Shown here: piece by piece, positions 10,373 through 22,380 of the stretch
Layout: each line of letters begins with the position of its first letter
Numbering within the stretch: the first letter of the stretch is position 1
Source of the DNA: Mobula birostris
Lineage: Eukaryota
NCBI RefSeq assembly: GCF_030028105.1
Contig: NC_092374.1
Coordinates: forward strand, 9,042,998-9,106,997
DNA length: 64,000 nt
Reading direction: 5' to 3'
Notes under the pieces: generated by a model
The model's database searches: none
The model's input: the letters and a program-made list of their open reading frames with translations, nothing else
Told to the model about the DNA's origin: nothing
Position numbers and translations under genes: made by a program

Positions 10373-13272
10373 GTGAGGAGCAGAGTCATTGCATCTGAAT
10401 TCTGTTGAAGTAAAGAGATCACTGACCTCCCCCATCACTCAGTGTATTCTCCACCACTCCTGAGATCTGGGTGTCATGAGCAGGGCTGGCAGTTGTTGTC
10501 CATTCCTGTGTCTGCTCGGGTACATCAGAGGACAATAGCATGTTGGAATGCACTCACATCTGCAAAAGAGAATTTCAGAAAGAAATTGGGAAGGAGTAAA
10601 AATGGGATTTGAAATGTTGGCAGTCAGTATAAAGGACATTCCATAATGATTGACAGGTTTATTGGAAGTAAGAGAATGGGTAAGAAATGAGAAGATTCCT
10701 TCAGGGACGTAAAGGGAAACCTGTTGGAGATGAATTGGGTTCCATGTAAATGAAGACTTCTTATTGGTTTCCACCAGAGGGAATGACATGGAGGGTGGAG
10801 AGTTAGGGGAAGAGTACACTGAGCCTTTGGAACATGTCTCTAGAAGGAAGGAGGAGATCTCACTTAAATATTTTATTTAGTAATAAGACTCGGAACAGGC
10901 CTTTCCTGCCCAAGGAGATGCACCGTCCAGCAACACACCTATTTAACACTAGCCTCATCACAGGACAATTTACAGTGACCATCTAATGTACTAAGCAGTC
11001 TGTCTTTGGACTGTGGGAGGAAACAGGAGCCCTGAGGGAAACCCACGTGGTTCGTGGGGAGAACGTACACACCCCTTACCAATGGAGCTGGAATTGAGCT
11101 CTGAACTCTGGAACACCCCAAGCTGTAATAGCATCACGCTATCTGCTAGACATCTATGGTGTTGGCACACATTAACGTGAACAAATCCCCAGGGCCTGAT
11201 GGGATTTTCTCAGGATGCTATGAAAAGCAAGGGAGAAGACTGAGGCTCCACATTCATTCCTGCATCTTCATGAGAAACACCTGAGGTCCCAAACGGCAGT
11301 CGAATAGATAATGCTCTTTCTTTAAACTACACGCCACTCAGCCTTACATCAGTAGTCTTGAACTGATGGGAAAAGTTCTGAGAGACATCATAAATGTTCA
11401 CCTGGAAAGGCACGGACTGATAAACACAAGTCAACGCGCTTTAGTTCAGGTAAAATGATTTGTTGCAAATCCGAGTAATTTGAGCTAAGAAGGCCGATGA
11501 TGGCAGGGCAGTAAACATGTTTTACATGGACTTGAGCAAAGGTCTAGAACAAGTTGCAAACGCTAGTCTAGTACAGAAAGTTAGTGCAGATGGCTTCCAA
11601 AGTACTTTTTTTTTAATATTTTCTCTTCGGTGATAAGCAAGGTTACAGGCCCTTCTGGCTGAATAAGTCTGTTCCACTCAGTTACACCCATGTGGCCAAT
11701 TAACCTGCTAACCTGTACATCTATGGACCGTGAATGTGAGAGGAAACTGAAACCATGGTGGAAACACAGTCATGGGGAGAACATACAAACTCCTCACAGA
11801 TAGCAATGAAATTGAACCCTGGTCCCTGGCACTAATAGCATTACGCTCACCGCTACGCTCTTGTGTTTGGCAAACTGGATCCAAACTTCACTTGTTCGGA
11901 GACAGAGTGTAGTGGCTGAGCAAAGTTTTTTGACTGCAAGTCTGTAACCAATGGTGTATCTCAGGGACCAGTGCCTGGACCACTGCTGTTTGTCATACAT
12001 ATTTTATATGTGATTAACTTGGATGAGAATGCAGAAGGATTGATCAAGAAATTTACTGAACATACTGAACTAGTGGAGCAGTATGTCGTGAGGAATGTTG
12101 TGAAAGGGACATAGTTAAGTTGGAAAAATTGGCAGAGCAGTGATAAAAGAACTTAATAACTGTTAGGTAATGCATTCTGCCCCTCGTTCTTCCCTGTCTT
12201 CCATGGTCCACTCTCCTCTCCTCGCAGATTCCTTCTTCAGCCCCTTACCTTTTCCGCTTATCACCTCACTTCATCCTCCTCCCCACTTCCACCTGGTCTC
12301 CTCTATCATCTGCTGATTTTACTCCTTTGCAGACCTGCCTTCTTATCCTGGATTCATCCCCCTCCGTTCCAGTACTGCTGAAGGATCTTGTCCCAAAACA
12401 TTGACTGTTTATCTTTTTCAATATGATGCAGCCTGACCTGCAAAGTTCCCTAGGATTTTGTGCGTGCTATTCCAGAATCAAATACAATAAAACTGTATTG
12501 TTGTTGCTCAAAGTCAACGAGATTGTGGTGCTGCTCCAGTCCGTGCTAAACACATATTTACAATGTATACAGTATGACTGATTTTTTTCAAACATCCCGT
12601 ATTTGCAGACAACAAGTGATTTTATTCATCCACAATGCTCAAAGTCCATTGGCAAGTCAGGGAGAAGCATTTGTCACGTGAACAATGGCCCTCTTCACTC
12701 ACTCTCTCCCCTCCCTGGCAGAACAAGGAGTTTCCTTGCCTCTAATGTCCCTCCTCTTTCCCTTTGGAGCAAGGAGTTTATTTGCTCCCTATTTTTCCAT
12801 CCTGGAGAGGATTGGATAAGACAGAGGGAATATGTCTGAAAGGGTGAGAAGGTTTTTGATGAGATCTCTGGTTGGTGAATGAAGGGAGAAAGCTGGAGGG
12901 AGAGCACAAAAAGTGGTAGATATTTGAGCTGCAAGATGCCAACCAGAGCTCCAAGAGTTATCCAGTAGATCAGGCAGTGTCCGTGTAGAGTACGACTGAA
13001 CTAATAGAGCAGGAGTGGCCCATCCTGATACAAACCGAGAGAACAAGTTTGCTGAGATGGTTGTATTCACGAACACTCCATCTTGTGCACACGTGGCTGA
13101 GATGCTGTTTCCCGAGATTATAATGGGCTTCGTTAGAACAGTACACGAGCTCAGGGACAGATGAGTCAGAGTAGGAAGTAGATGAAGAATTAAACTCATT
13201 AGCAGGGATGAAATATTGTTCAATAAAATGTGGCGAATGCAATAAACTAATCCAGATTGTCCTTACATAAAG

Positions 13273-13635
13273 ATGTCCAAGGTGCCAGATTATCACCAAT
13301 GACTGTAAAGGTGGGAGATTCTGCAACACTTCCCTGCAACTTCACACCTCCTGACAAGAAACCCAGTTCCATCGGTATCATCTGGATGAAGGGGAATCTT
13401 CCAAATGTATCCATTGTCTTCAATCAGACTCGTTACCACTCTGCCAACCGACCCTACACCAACACTGTAAATGAAGGAGATCGATATGAGCTGGTGGGAA
13501 ACCCAGAGCAGGGAAACGCCTCCGTCAAAGTGACGAAACTCAGACTGAACGACAACAGCAAATATTTCTGTCATGTTTGGTTCAAGAACGCCAAAACAAC
13601 AGTGATTCAGGATGAGACGAGCCTGCAGGTTGAGG
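13273..13635 (+). CDS. Exon 3: Ig V-set domain 2
   Basis: Open frame DVQGARLSPMTVKVGDSATLPC...IIW...RYELVGNPEQGNASVKVTKLRLNDNSKYFCHVW...LQVE. Branch-like aactaat lies about 22 nt upstream and the GTGAGT donor is phase 1. An alternative in-phase acceptor exists at 13282. Confidence 0.9.
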
Positions 13636-14078
13636 GTGAGTAAACATCTATCTCAGCATTCTGGGAACGATATAAACACATCGAACTTTTGTCAGAAGGA
13701 ATGAGCTTCCAGTGAGGAGCTGGGGCCGAGATTGGCTCAATCCCCTTGGGCTCCATTCCTAGTCCTGGGCTCCCCAACCCCCTCACTCAGTACCGCCCCC
13801 AGTGGACAGAGACAGTGGATTCCAATCCAGGATAGGTGGAGCTTCCTGCCACAGGGTCAGAGGTTTAGACACTCATTTGGCCGCTGAATGACCAGACTGG
13901 CCTGAGCTATTTACATCTGTGTCTGATATTAAAGACCCAGAAGCTTCTACAGACAATCACCAATCAGTTTCCACACTGAGAATTTGTCGTCATTCTCCTG
14001 CTGGGTCTCTCCCATTCTTCATCTTTCCCAGAGCTGAGGGACTTTGTTCCCATGCACTCGAGAATAACGCTCCCCAAG

Positions 14079-14287
14079 TCACAGCCACAACCCTGGAGTT
14101 GTCCCTTGTAACTGATACTGTAACTGGAGGGATCTCCCTCTGCTCTGTCAATGGGAACCTCCTGCAAACATCACGTGGATCAATCCTGGGAAGAACTTAA
14201 CTGCCCCTAAGCAGCAGTGAGGAGAGTCACACAAGACCTCAGACTATGTGAGAGATACTTCACCCCAGGCTGGGTGGAAGCGACAGC
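14079..14287 (+). pseudogene. Pseudo-exon: degenerate Ig C2 exon (copy of 19035-19388), frameshifted and cut by a CR1 insertion
   Basis: ccccaag acceptor in phase 1. gggaac-ctcctgcaaacatcacgtggat aligns with gggaacccccctgcaaacatcacgtggat of the intact exon with a 1-nt deletion. Homology stops where CR1 starts, just before the F-strand Cys. Confidence 0.8.
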
Positions 14288-14617
14288 AGAATGGCATTGA
14301 ATGAATACAGGAAAGACTTGAGTCAGATCTACCTACCCAAGGAGAGATTGAGTGCATTGCCCATTCGAGCTGCCACTTACGTGGTCTACTTTCTTGTGAT
14401 TGTGAAAGATGATAGAAAATCTACAGAGCAGAATGTTGAGTCCATCTGGGTAGAAATTAAGAATAGTAAAGGGAAAAAATGACTGGTGGGTTTTGTCTAT
14501 AGGCCAATTAATAAGAATATTGCAGTGGCAGAGGTGATTAACCAAGAAATAACTGAGGCTTTTAAGAACGGAATGTCAGTTGACGTGGGGGATTTTAACT
14601 TCTACATAGATTGGGTG

Positions 14618-14916
14618 TGTGGCACATGGCCAAGTGGTTAGGACATTGGGCTCACAATCTGAAGGTCGTGGGTTCGAGTCTCGGCCAAGGCAGCGTGTTG
14701 TGCCTTTGAGCAAGGCACTTAACCTCACACTGCTCCAGTCCACCCTGCTGAAAATGGGTACCAGCAACTGCTGGGGGTTATCCTTGCGATAGACTGGCAT
14801 CCTATCCCAGGAGGGGTGTGGGGAGTCTCATACTCTCAGTCGCTTCACGCCAAGGAAACTGGCATAAGCACTGGTCTGATGGGCCACAAGGCTGGGGACA
14901 GACTTTAACTTTTTTG
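14618..14916 (+). mobile_element. tRNA-derived SINE (MetaSINE-like core) with 11-bp TSD
   Basis: A-box TGGCCAAGTGG, B-box GTTCGAGTC and a T-rich tail. TSD tagattgggtg at 14607-14617 and 14917-14927, interrupting the CR1 APE right after GDFN. Confidence 0.75.
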
Positions 14917-15500
14917 TAGATTGGGTGAATCAGGTTTGTCAAGGAAGCCTTGAGGAGAACTTCATAGAATGCATCCATGATGGCTTTCTTGAGCAGCATA
15001 TTAGTGAACCTACAAGGGAAAATACTACCTTAGAACTAGTCCTGTGCAATGAAACAGGTTAGATTAACGATCTTGAAGTCGGGGATCCTCTTGGAAAGAG
15101 TGATCATAGTATGACTGAATTTCGCATTCAGATGGAGGATGAAATAGTTAGATCTAAAACTAGTGTATTATGCTTGAACAAGGGAAACGACAACGGGATG
15201 AGGGAGGAGTTGGCTAATGTGGATTGGGAGCACAGGCTATTTGGTAGGACAGTTGAGGAACAGTGGAATACTTTCAAAGAGATTTTTCACAGTGCTGAAC
15301 AAACGTATATTCCAATCAAAAGTAAGGACAGTAAGTGTGGGGAAAGCCAGCCTTGGATAACTAAGGAAATAAAAGATAGTATCAAATTAAAAGCTCATGC
15401 GTACAAAGTAAGCAACAAAGAACAACTAAACAAGAAATAAGGAAAGGGAAGATAGAGTGTGAAAGTAAATTAGCACAAAATATAAAAGCAATATAAAAAC

Positions 15501-16054
15501 TGTGACCCCTCCTCCAGATGCGATCGATCCTCTGCAGTGAACCCGGCACCCAAGCGAGGGTGGACACACACCGGGTTCCCGCTGACCGTACCTTTCCACC
15601 CTGTGCGTTTAAGGCTGATCCCCCGATCAGCCGTCCAAGAGCTTCTCACCGACTTGAGAGAGGCGCACCGCTTCCAGGGTCTCATTACCTCGGGTGTCGT
15701 GTGTCCTGCCTTAGCGAACCTGTCCCTTTTTATCCCCCTGCTGGGGTATCGCCTGTCCATCACTTCAGACAGTTCAGGGTTCAAAGGGGGAGCCGCTCCA
15801 GACAGCACTCTCTACCGTCCCTTCATTACACATCTCCAGATCGCCTGTCCATCACTTCAAACAGTTCAGGGTTCAAAGGGGGAGCCGATCTTGGCAATAC
15901 CCAGACTGATGGCTCCTTCATTAACACCTCCACATGCTGCTTCATGTTCCTTATCTCTCCTTCCCCCTGAGGACAGGTGGCAGACCAACTGCTGATGTCA
16001 CTGATGCTAACCCAGGCCAGCAAACATCTTAATTTTATGTGTATTCTCGTCACA
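15501..16054 (-). mobile_element. Solo LTR (554 bp)
   Basis: Termini TGTGAC...GTCACA (6-bp inverted repeat), TATA-like gataaaagg on the minus strand, internal 48-bp direct repeat (15748-15795/15840-15887). No TSD; the orientation is inferred. Confidence 0.75.
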
Positions 16055-17967
16055 AGGAAGAAAGAGCAAAACATTTAGAAAGGAGTGGTTCCATTAGACA
16101 GACGCAGCAGGGATTCAGAAAGGGCAAGTCCTGTTTGACAAACTTACTGGAGTTCTTTGAGGACATAATGAGTGCAGCGGATAGAGGGGAACAGGTGGAT
16201 GTCATATACTTGTATTTCCAGAAGGCGTTCGATAAGGTGCTGCACAAGTGACTTATAAATAAGATATGGATGCATGGAGTCTGAGGAATTGTATTGGCAT
16301 GGATAGTGGATTGGTTAACCAATAGAAGGCAGAGAGTTGGTATAAATGGGTGTTTCTCCGGTTGGCAGTCAGTGGTGAGTGGGGTGCCGCAGGGGTCGGT
16401 GCTGAGCCTGCAGCTGTTTACCATTTACAATGATGATTTGGAAGAGGGGACTGAGTATAGCATAGCAAAATTTGCTGATGACACTAAACTGAGTGGAAAA
16501 GCAAATTGTATAAGTCTGCAGAGGGATTTAGATAGATTGAGTGAGTCTGGCAGATGGAATACAATGCTGGTAAATGCCAGATCATCCACTTTGGAAGGAA
16601 TAATAGAGGAGCAGATTACTATTTAAATGGTGAAAGATTGCAGCATGCTGTTGTGCAGAGGGACTTGGGAGTGCTTGTTCATGAATCGCAAAAAGTTGGC
16701 TTGCAGGTGCAACAGGTTATTAAGAAGGCAAACGGAATGTTGGCCTTCATTGCTAGAGGGATTGGATTCAAGAGCAGGGAGGCCATGCTGCAACTATACA
16801 GGGTTCTGGTGAGGCCGCACCTGGAGTACTGTATGCAGTTCTGGTCTCCATACTTGAGAAAGGATATTCTGGCTTTGGAATGAGGAGAGATTGAGTTGCC
16901 TGGGATATACTCTCTGGAATTAAGAAGAATGAGCAGGGATCTTACAGAAACAAACAAAATTTTGAAAGAGATAGATAAGATAGAAGTAGCAAAGTTGCTT
17001 CCATTGGTAGGTGAGACGAGAACTAGGGGATATTGCCTCAAGATTCAGGGGAAAAGATTTAGGACTGAGATGAGGAGAAACTGTTTTTCCCAGAGAGTGG
17101 TGAATCTGTGGAATTCTCTGCCCAGGGAAGCAGTTGAGACTTCTTCACTGAATGTATTTGAGATACAGTTAGATAGATTTTTACATAGTCAGGGAATAGG
17201 CAGGTAGGTGGAGCTGAGTTCATGGACAGATCAGCCATGATCTTATTGAATGGTGGAGCAGGCTCGATGGGCCAGATGGCTACTCCTGCTGCTATTTCTT
17301 ACGTTCTTATGTTTTTTCACTTTCTGGTGGTTGAGCAGAGGTGAACAGCAATGACAAAGGTACAAAATTGTGGGTGTTGATGGGAGTCCTCTGGGGACAT
17401 TGTCCTCCACTGCTGGTTCTGATGATGTGTGTTGGGTAACATCTCTGTCAGAGGGAAGTGATGGATCATTGCCCAAAAGCTGTGACTGTCTGTCTGTGGG
17501 ATATGTGGAACATTTCTTGTTTAACTCCGACGCAGAGAACCCGTCCCTCAGCTGCTTTTCCAATACATTTAAAACTGCATTGGTGCTGCTCCCTGCATGT
17601 AGACAGAACTCAGAAGCGTCCTTGGTGACACAAAGTTCAAAGTACATTTATTATCAAAGTATGTATGCTATATACAACCCTGAGATTCATCTCCTTACAG
17701 AACCCAATAAAAAAAGACAATTAAACATGCAATGTGCAGAACAAAAAAACAAATTGTGCAAGCAATAAAAGTTAGCGATAACATTCAGAATTGAAGGTCA
17801 CCAAAGTCAATCCACAGACATGAAACCAGTCATCCCTGCAGCCAGTCAGAGTAGGAGTAGGAATGAGATGGAGAATCAAACTCATAGACGGGGATGAAAT
17901 ATTCTTGAATAAAATGTGATTAATACACTCAACTAATCCAGATTGTTCTTACTCTAAACTGTCCAAG

Positions 17968-18324
17968 ATGTCAGTGTATCATCGGTGATTGTATAAAGGC
18001 AAGATTCTCCCACACTGCCCTGTTATTTCACACCTCCTGACACAAAACCCAACTCCACCACTATCCTTTGGATGAAGGGGAATCCTCCAAATGTGTGCAC
18101 TGTCCTCAATCAAACTCATTTCCACTCCATCGACCCTCCCTACACCAATGCTGTAAATGAAGGAGGCCGATATGAGCTGGTGGGAAACCCAGAGCAGGGA
18201 AACACCTCCATCAGGGTGACGGACCTCAGACTGAATGACCTCAGCAAATATTTCTGTCATGTTTGGGTCAGGAATTCCACATGGGAGGCAGAGATTCTGG
18301 ATGAGACAGGACTGCAGGTCATGG
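17968..18324 (+). pseudogene. Pseudo-exon: Ig V domain 3 (duplicate of V2) with in-frame TAA
   Basis: Aligns with V2 and its flanking intron. It has lost the AG homologous to 13271-72 and has an in-frame TAA at 17994-17996; the rest is open (LPCYFTPP...RYELVGNPEQGNTSI...KYFCHVW) with a phase-1 GTAAGG donor. Confidence 0.8.
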
Positions 18325-19034
18325 GTAAGGAAACAGCTCCATCAGAGTTGTGTAATTGATAAAAACATATTGAACATCCATGAGGAGAAATGAGCTCCCA
18401 CTGAGAAACTGGGGCTGAGATTGGCTCGATCTCTTGTGGGTTCCAATCTCGGCCCTGCGTTCCCCTCACTCACTACCACCACCAGTGGTAAGGAGACCGT
18501 GTTAATTCCATCTCTGAATAGGACCATAAAACATAGGAACAAATTTAGGGCATTCGGCCCATGGAGTCTGCTTCACCACTCCATGATGGCTAATTTATTA
18601 TCCCTCTCAACCCCATTCTCATGCCTTCTTCCCATAACCTTTGAGAGCCTGACCAATCAAGAACCTATCAACTTCCACCTTATATAGTAGTAATGGGGAA
18701 CAAGGACTTGGTGTAGAGTCTGAATGAGTATTTTCCATCCACTAGCAGTACGTCCGTACGAGCAGCTGGTGCAGGTCACAAACCCTGGTATTCAAACAAT
18801 AGCACCAGGCAGACAATCTCTGAAGAGTATTGATAATGTCAGGGGTCACCCATCTTGTAAAGACACTTCCCAGAAGAAAGCACCTCTGCAGAAAACTTTG
18901 TGAAGACCAATCATGATCATGATACCATGATCACCCAGGTCCTGCGACACGTCACATAATGAAGTTGATGTTCTCTAAAATAAAAATTGTCAAAATTTCA
19001 ATGAATTTAATTTGACTTTCTTTCCTCCCCCAAG

Positions 19035-19388
19035 GCCCGGCCACCATCCTGAGTCTAACTCTTGTGACTGATGATACTGGAGCCACCCTCGTGTGCAAGG
19101 CTGAAGGGAACCCCCCTGCAAACATCACGTGGATTGACCTTGAGAACAGCACACTGCCCATGAGCAGCAGCGAGATGAGAGTCACCGGAGATCTGGAGAG
19201 TGTGGGAAAGCTGGTGCTGCCCAGGCCGAGAGGGAGCTACCGCTGTGTGGCTGCGAATCAGCACGGAAATGACACCTGTGAGATCCACCTAGCCAAGACG
19301 GGAACAAGTGCACTGGCCCTCTCCGTTGCATTGTCCTCTTTAGCAATCATTCTTTTGGTTGTTTTTGTTGTCTGGTTTCTGAAGAAAG
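19035..19388 (+). CDS. Exon 4: Ig C2 domain + transmembrane helix
   Basis: Acceptor tctttcctcccccaag, donor GTGAGC, phase 1-1. LVCKAEGNPPANITW...GSYRCVAANQHG is Siglec-type C2, followed by TM ALALSVALSSLAIILLVVFVVWFL-KK. Confidence 0.92.
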
Positions 19389-19757
19389 GTGAGCAGTCCT
19401 ATGAATGGTCCATTCTTCCAGGGTCTGGGACATTTCACAAAAGGGGGATGGATACAGAGGCCATTCAGTCCATTAACCCAGTTCCACCAGTATGATGGCT
19501 CATATCTATTTTATCTCCTGTCATCCCCCTGGTTCTGAGCACAAGTGCATCAGCTCATGGAAACATCCATTTGTCACAATTTATAAATTCTCCCATTAGG
19601 TGTGCAGAGAGTCCAACTCCAAAGGAAAGAAACAAAATGAAAAAGAGTCCACTTACCTCAGTGAGAGGAAGAGCTTCCCTTCCCTCCCTGCCTCTGAATG
19701 GACTGGCGCTGGTCCTTAGAAAATCCCTTTTGATCTGAAATTGAAGAGAGGAAATCT

Positions 19758-19802
19758 TATCTCTCTCTCTCTCTCTGTCTCTCACTCTCTCTCACTCTCT
19801 CT
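19758..19802. repeat. (CT)n microsatellite
   Basis: Imperfect CT dinucleotide run. Confidence 0.85.
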
Positions 19803-21873
19803 AACTCTTGGGCCTGCTCTCTTCCTTCACCCTTCCGTTCCTGCTCCCCGTTAATCTGATTAGCTATGCACTCCACCAAAGCTTCGTTTTTAGATATGGA
19901 AGCACGGTTGATGCATTTATTCTTTTTTAGAAATGGAAACTTTTGATAGGTGTTTTCTGTATCCTCACATTTAACCCTTGAGGTCCTAAGTAGATAGAGT
20001 GAAGAGGTGTAAGGAATGCTTGCCTTCATCAGTCAGGACATTGAGTAGAAAAGTTAGGTTGGGTCATATTTGGAGAATTGTATGCAGTTTTCCTTGCTAC
20101 ATTACAGGAAGTATGTGGAGGCTTTGTGCAAAGTAGAGAAGAGGTTGCTGCCTGGATTAGAGAGTATTATTTCATAGAGAGGTTGGACAAATTATAATTG
20201 TTTCTCCGGAGAATCAGAGGCCAAGGGGCGACCTGATAGAAGTACGTAGAATTATGACTGGCATAGACAGAGTAAGTTTTAAAGTTCTTTTTCCCAGGGC
20301 ACATGGACATGACACATGTTATAGTGAGGTGAGAAATGAAAAGCTTAAAGGAGATTTAAAAGATAAACATAAGAGATTCTGCAGATGCTGGAAGTCTTGA
20401 GGAGCACACACAAAGAGCTGGAGAAACTCAGCAGGTCAGTGAGCAGGAGCGGAATAAAGAGTTGACGTTTGAGGCCGAGACCCTTCACCCAGCGGTTATT
20501 TTTGCACAGACTGTTGGAAGTGCCTGAAATGCACTGCCCAGGTGAGTGGCAGAGCCGGACAAGATATGGCATTTGGGGTATTCAGATGGACACATGAAAA
20601 GGCAGGGAATGGAGAGATGTAGACTATGTTCAGGCAGATGGGATTGGTTTACTTTGGCATCAGATCAGAATCAGGTTGAATATCATTGTTATACGTCATG
20701 AAATTTGTTAACTATACAGTCGTACAATGCAATACGTGATAAATTTAGAAAAAAAGCTGAATTACAGTAAACATATACATGTCTATGAAATAGTTAAGTT
20801 AAAATAAGCAGAGCAAAAAAACAGAAATGAAAAGTAGTGAGGTAGTGTTCACGGGTTCAATGTCCAGTCAGAAATCTGATGGCAGAGGGGAAGAAGCTGT
20901 TCCTGGCTGACAGAGTACGTGGTTTCAGGTTTCTGTACTTCCTTCCTGACGCTAACAATGAGAAGAGGGCTTGTCCTGGGCGGTGTGGGTCCTCAGTGTT
21001 TCCTCAGGCACCACTGCTTGACGATGTCTTCGATACTAAGAGTTCACAGCTCAGAGCTCTTTGTTCTTTTCCAGGGGATCTGTTCTGCACCTTGAAGAGG
21101 GTCCAAAGCAGGTTCACGAGTATGTTCCAGTGAATGAAAGGGTTAATGTATGAGGAGCGTTTGATGGCTCTGGGTTTGTAATGACTAGAGTTTAGAAGAA
21201 TGTGGAGGATCCCATTGAATCCCATCAAATATTGAAAAGCCTTGATGGAGTGGATGTGGAGAGGATGTTTTCAATAATGGGAGTGCCTAGGACCAGACAA
21301 CACAGCCTCAAATTACAAGGATGACCCTCCAGAACAGAGATGAAGACTAATTTATTTAAACAGAGGGCAGTTAATCTGTGGAATTCTTTACCACAGACGG
21401 CTATGGAAGACAAATCATTGGGTACGGTTAAAGCGGAGATTGATAGGTTTTTGACTAGTTTGGGTGTCAAAGGTTATGGGGGCAAGGCAGAGAATGGGGA
21501 TGAGAGGGTTAATAAATCAGCCGTGAAGGAATGGTAGTGCAGATTTGATGGGCTGAATGGACTATTTCTGCTCCTATCACTTATGGTCTTATGGTCTCTT
21601 CAGGTCCAAGTCTCTTCCTAAATCTGTGTAAAACTCCCCTTGTGACTTGCATATAACAAAAGCAGCAATACTTCTAGTTTTCGTAATGCTCTGTTGAGTA
21701 AGAGCCAACACACCTTCTTCCCCTCCATGTCCTTCTAGTCATATCCTGCTGTGGTTTCTGCCTGAAGGTTTCAATTCTTTGTTCTTTCTTTGCTCGGGAA
21801 CTAATCCACGCAAGGTTCAAGTAAATGGGAATATATTGATACTGAGGATGGACAGAAAGTATTGAAGAGGATC

Positions 21874-22380
21874 TAGTCATAGTCATAGTCATACTTTATT
21901 GATCCCAGGGGAATTTGGTTTTCGTTACAGTTGCACCATAAATAATAAATAGTAATAAAACCATAAATAGTTAAATAGTAATATGTAAATTATGCCAGGA
22001 AATTATGAAATAAGTCCAGGACCAGCCTATTGGCTCAGGGTGTCTGACCCTCCAAGGGAGGAGTTGCAAAGTTTGATGGCCACAGGCAGGAATGACTTCC
22101 TATGACGCTCTGTGCTGCATCTCGGTGGAATGAGTCTCTGGCTGAATGTACTCCTGTGCCCAACCAGTACATTATGTAGTGGATGGGAGACATTGACCAA
22201 GATGGCATGCAACTTGGACAGCATCCTCTTTTCAGACACCACTGTCAGAGAGTCCAGTTCCATCCCCACAACATCACTGGCCTTACGAATGAGTTTGTTG
22301 ATTCTGTTGGTGTCTGCTATCCTCAGCCTGCTGCCCCAGCACACAACAGCAAACATGATCGCACTGGCCACCACAGACTC
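21874..22380 (-). mobile_element. Rex1/Babar LINE 3' fragment with (TATGAC)n tail
   Basis: ORF SVVASAIMFAVVCWG...SHPLH...RHRKSFLPVAIKL, then aattcccctgggatcaataaagtatgactatgactatgac on the minus strand. Confidence 0.85.

Larger units (their letters stand above)
14288..17310 (+). mobile_element. CR1 LINE, long degenerate ORF2 (APE-RT) with 3' tail; hosts a SINE and a solo LTR
   Basis: Motifs [54 protein letters not shown] and VRPHLEYCMQFWSP; ends in the CR1 tail cttacgttcttatgtt. Confidence 0.92.

Noticed and set aside
14628-14690. tRNA-like sequence with A and B boxes
   Set aside because: It is the head of a TSD-flanked SINE, not a tRNA gene. The same applies to the V-SINE heads.
17243-17768. 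Overlapping ORFs of about 130 aa on both strands
   Set aside because: No recognisable domain. Their ends run into CR1 and Rex tails, and there is no convincing splice pair.
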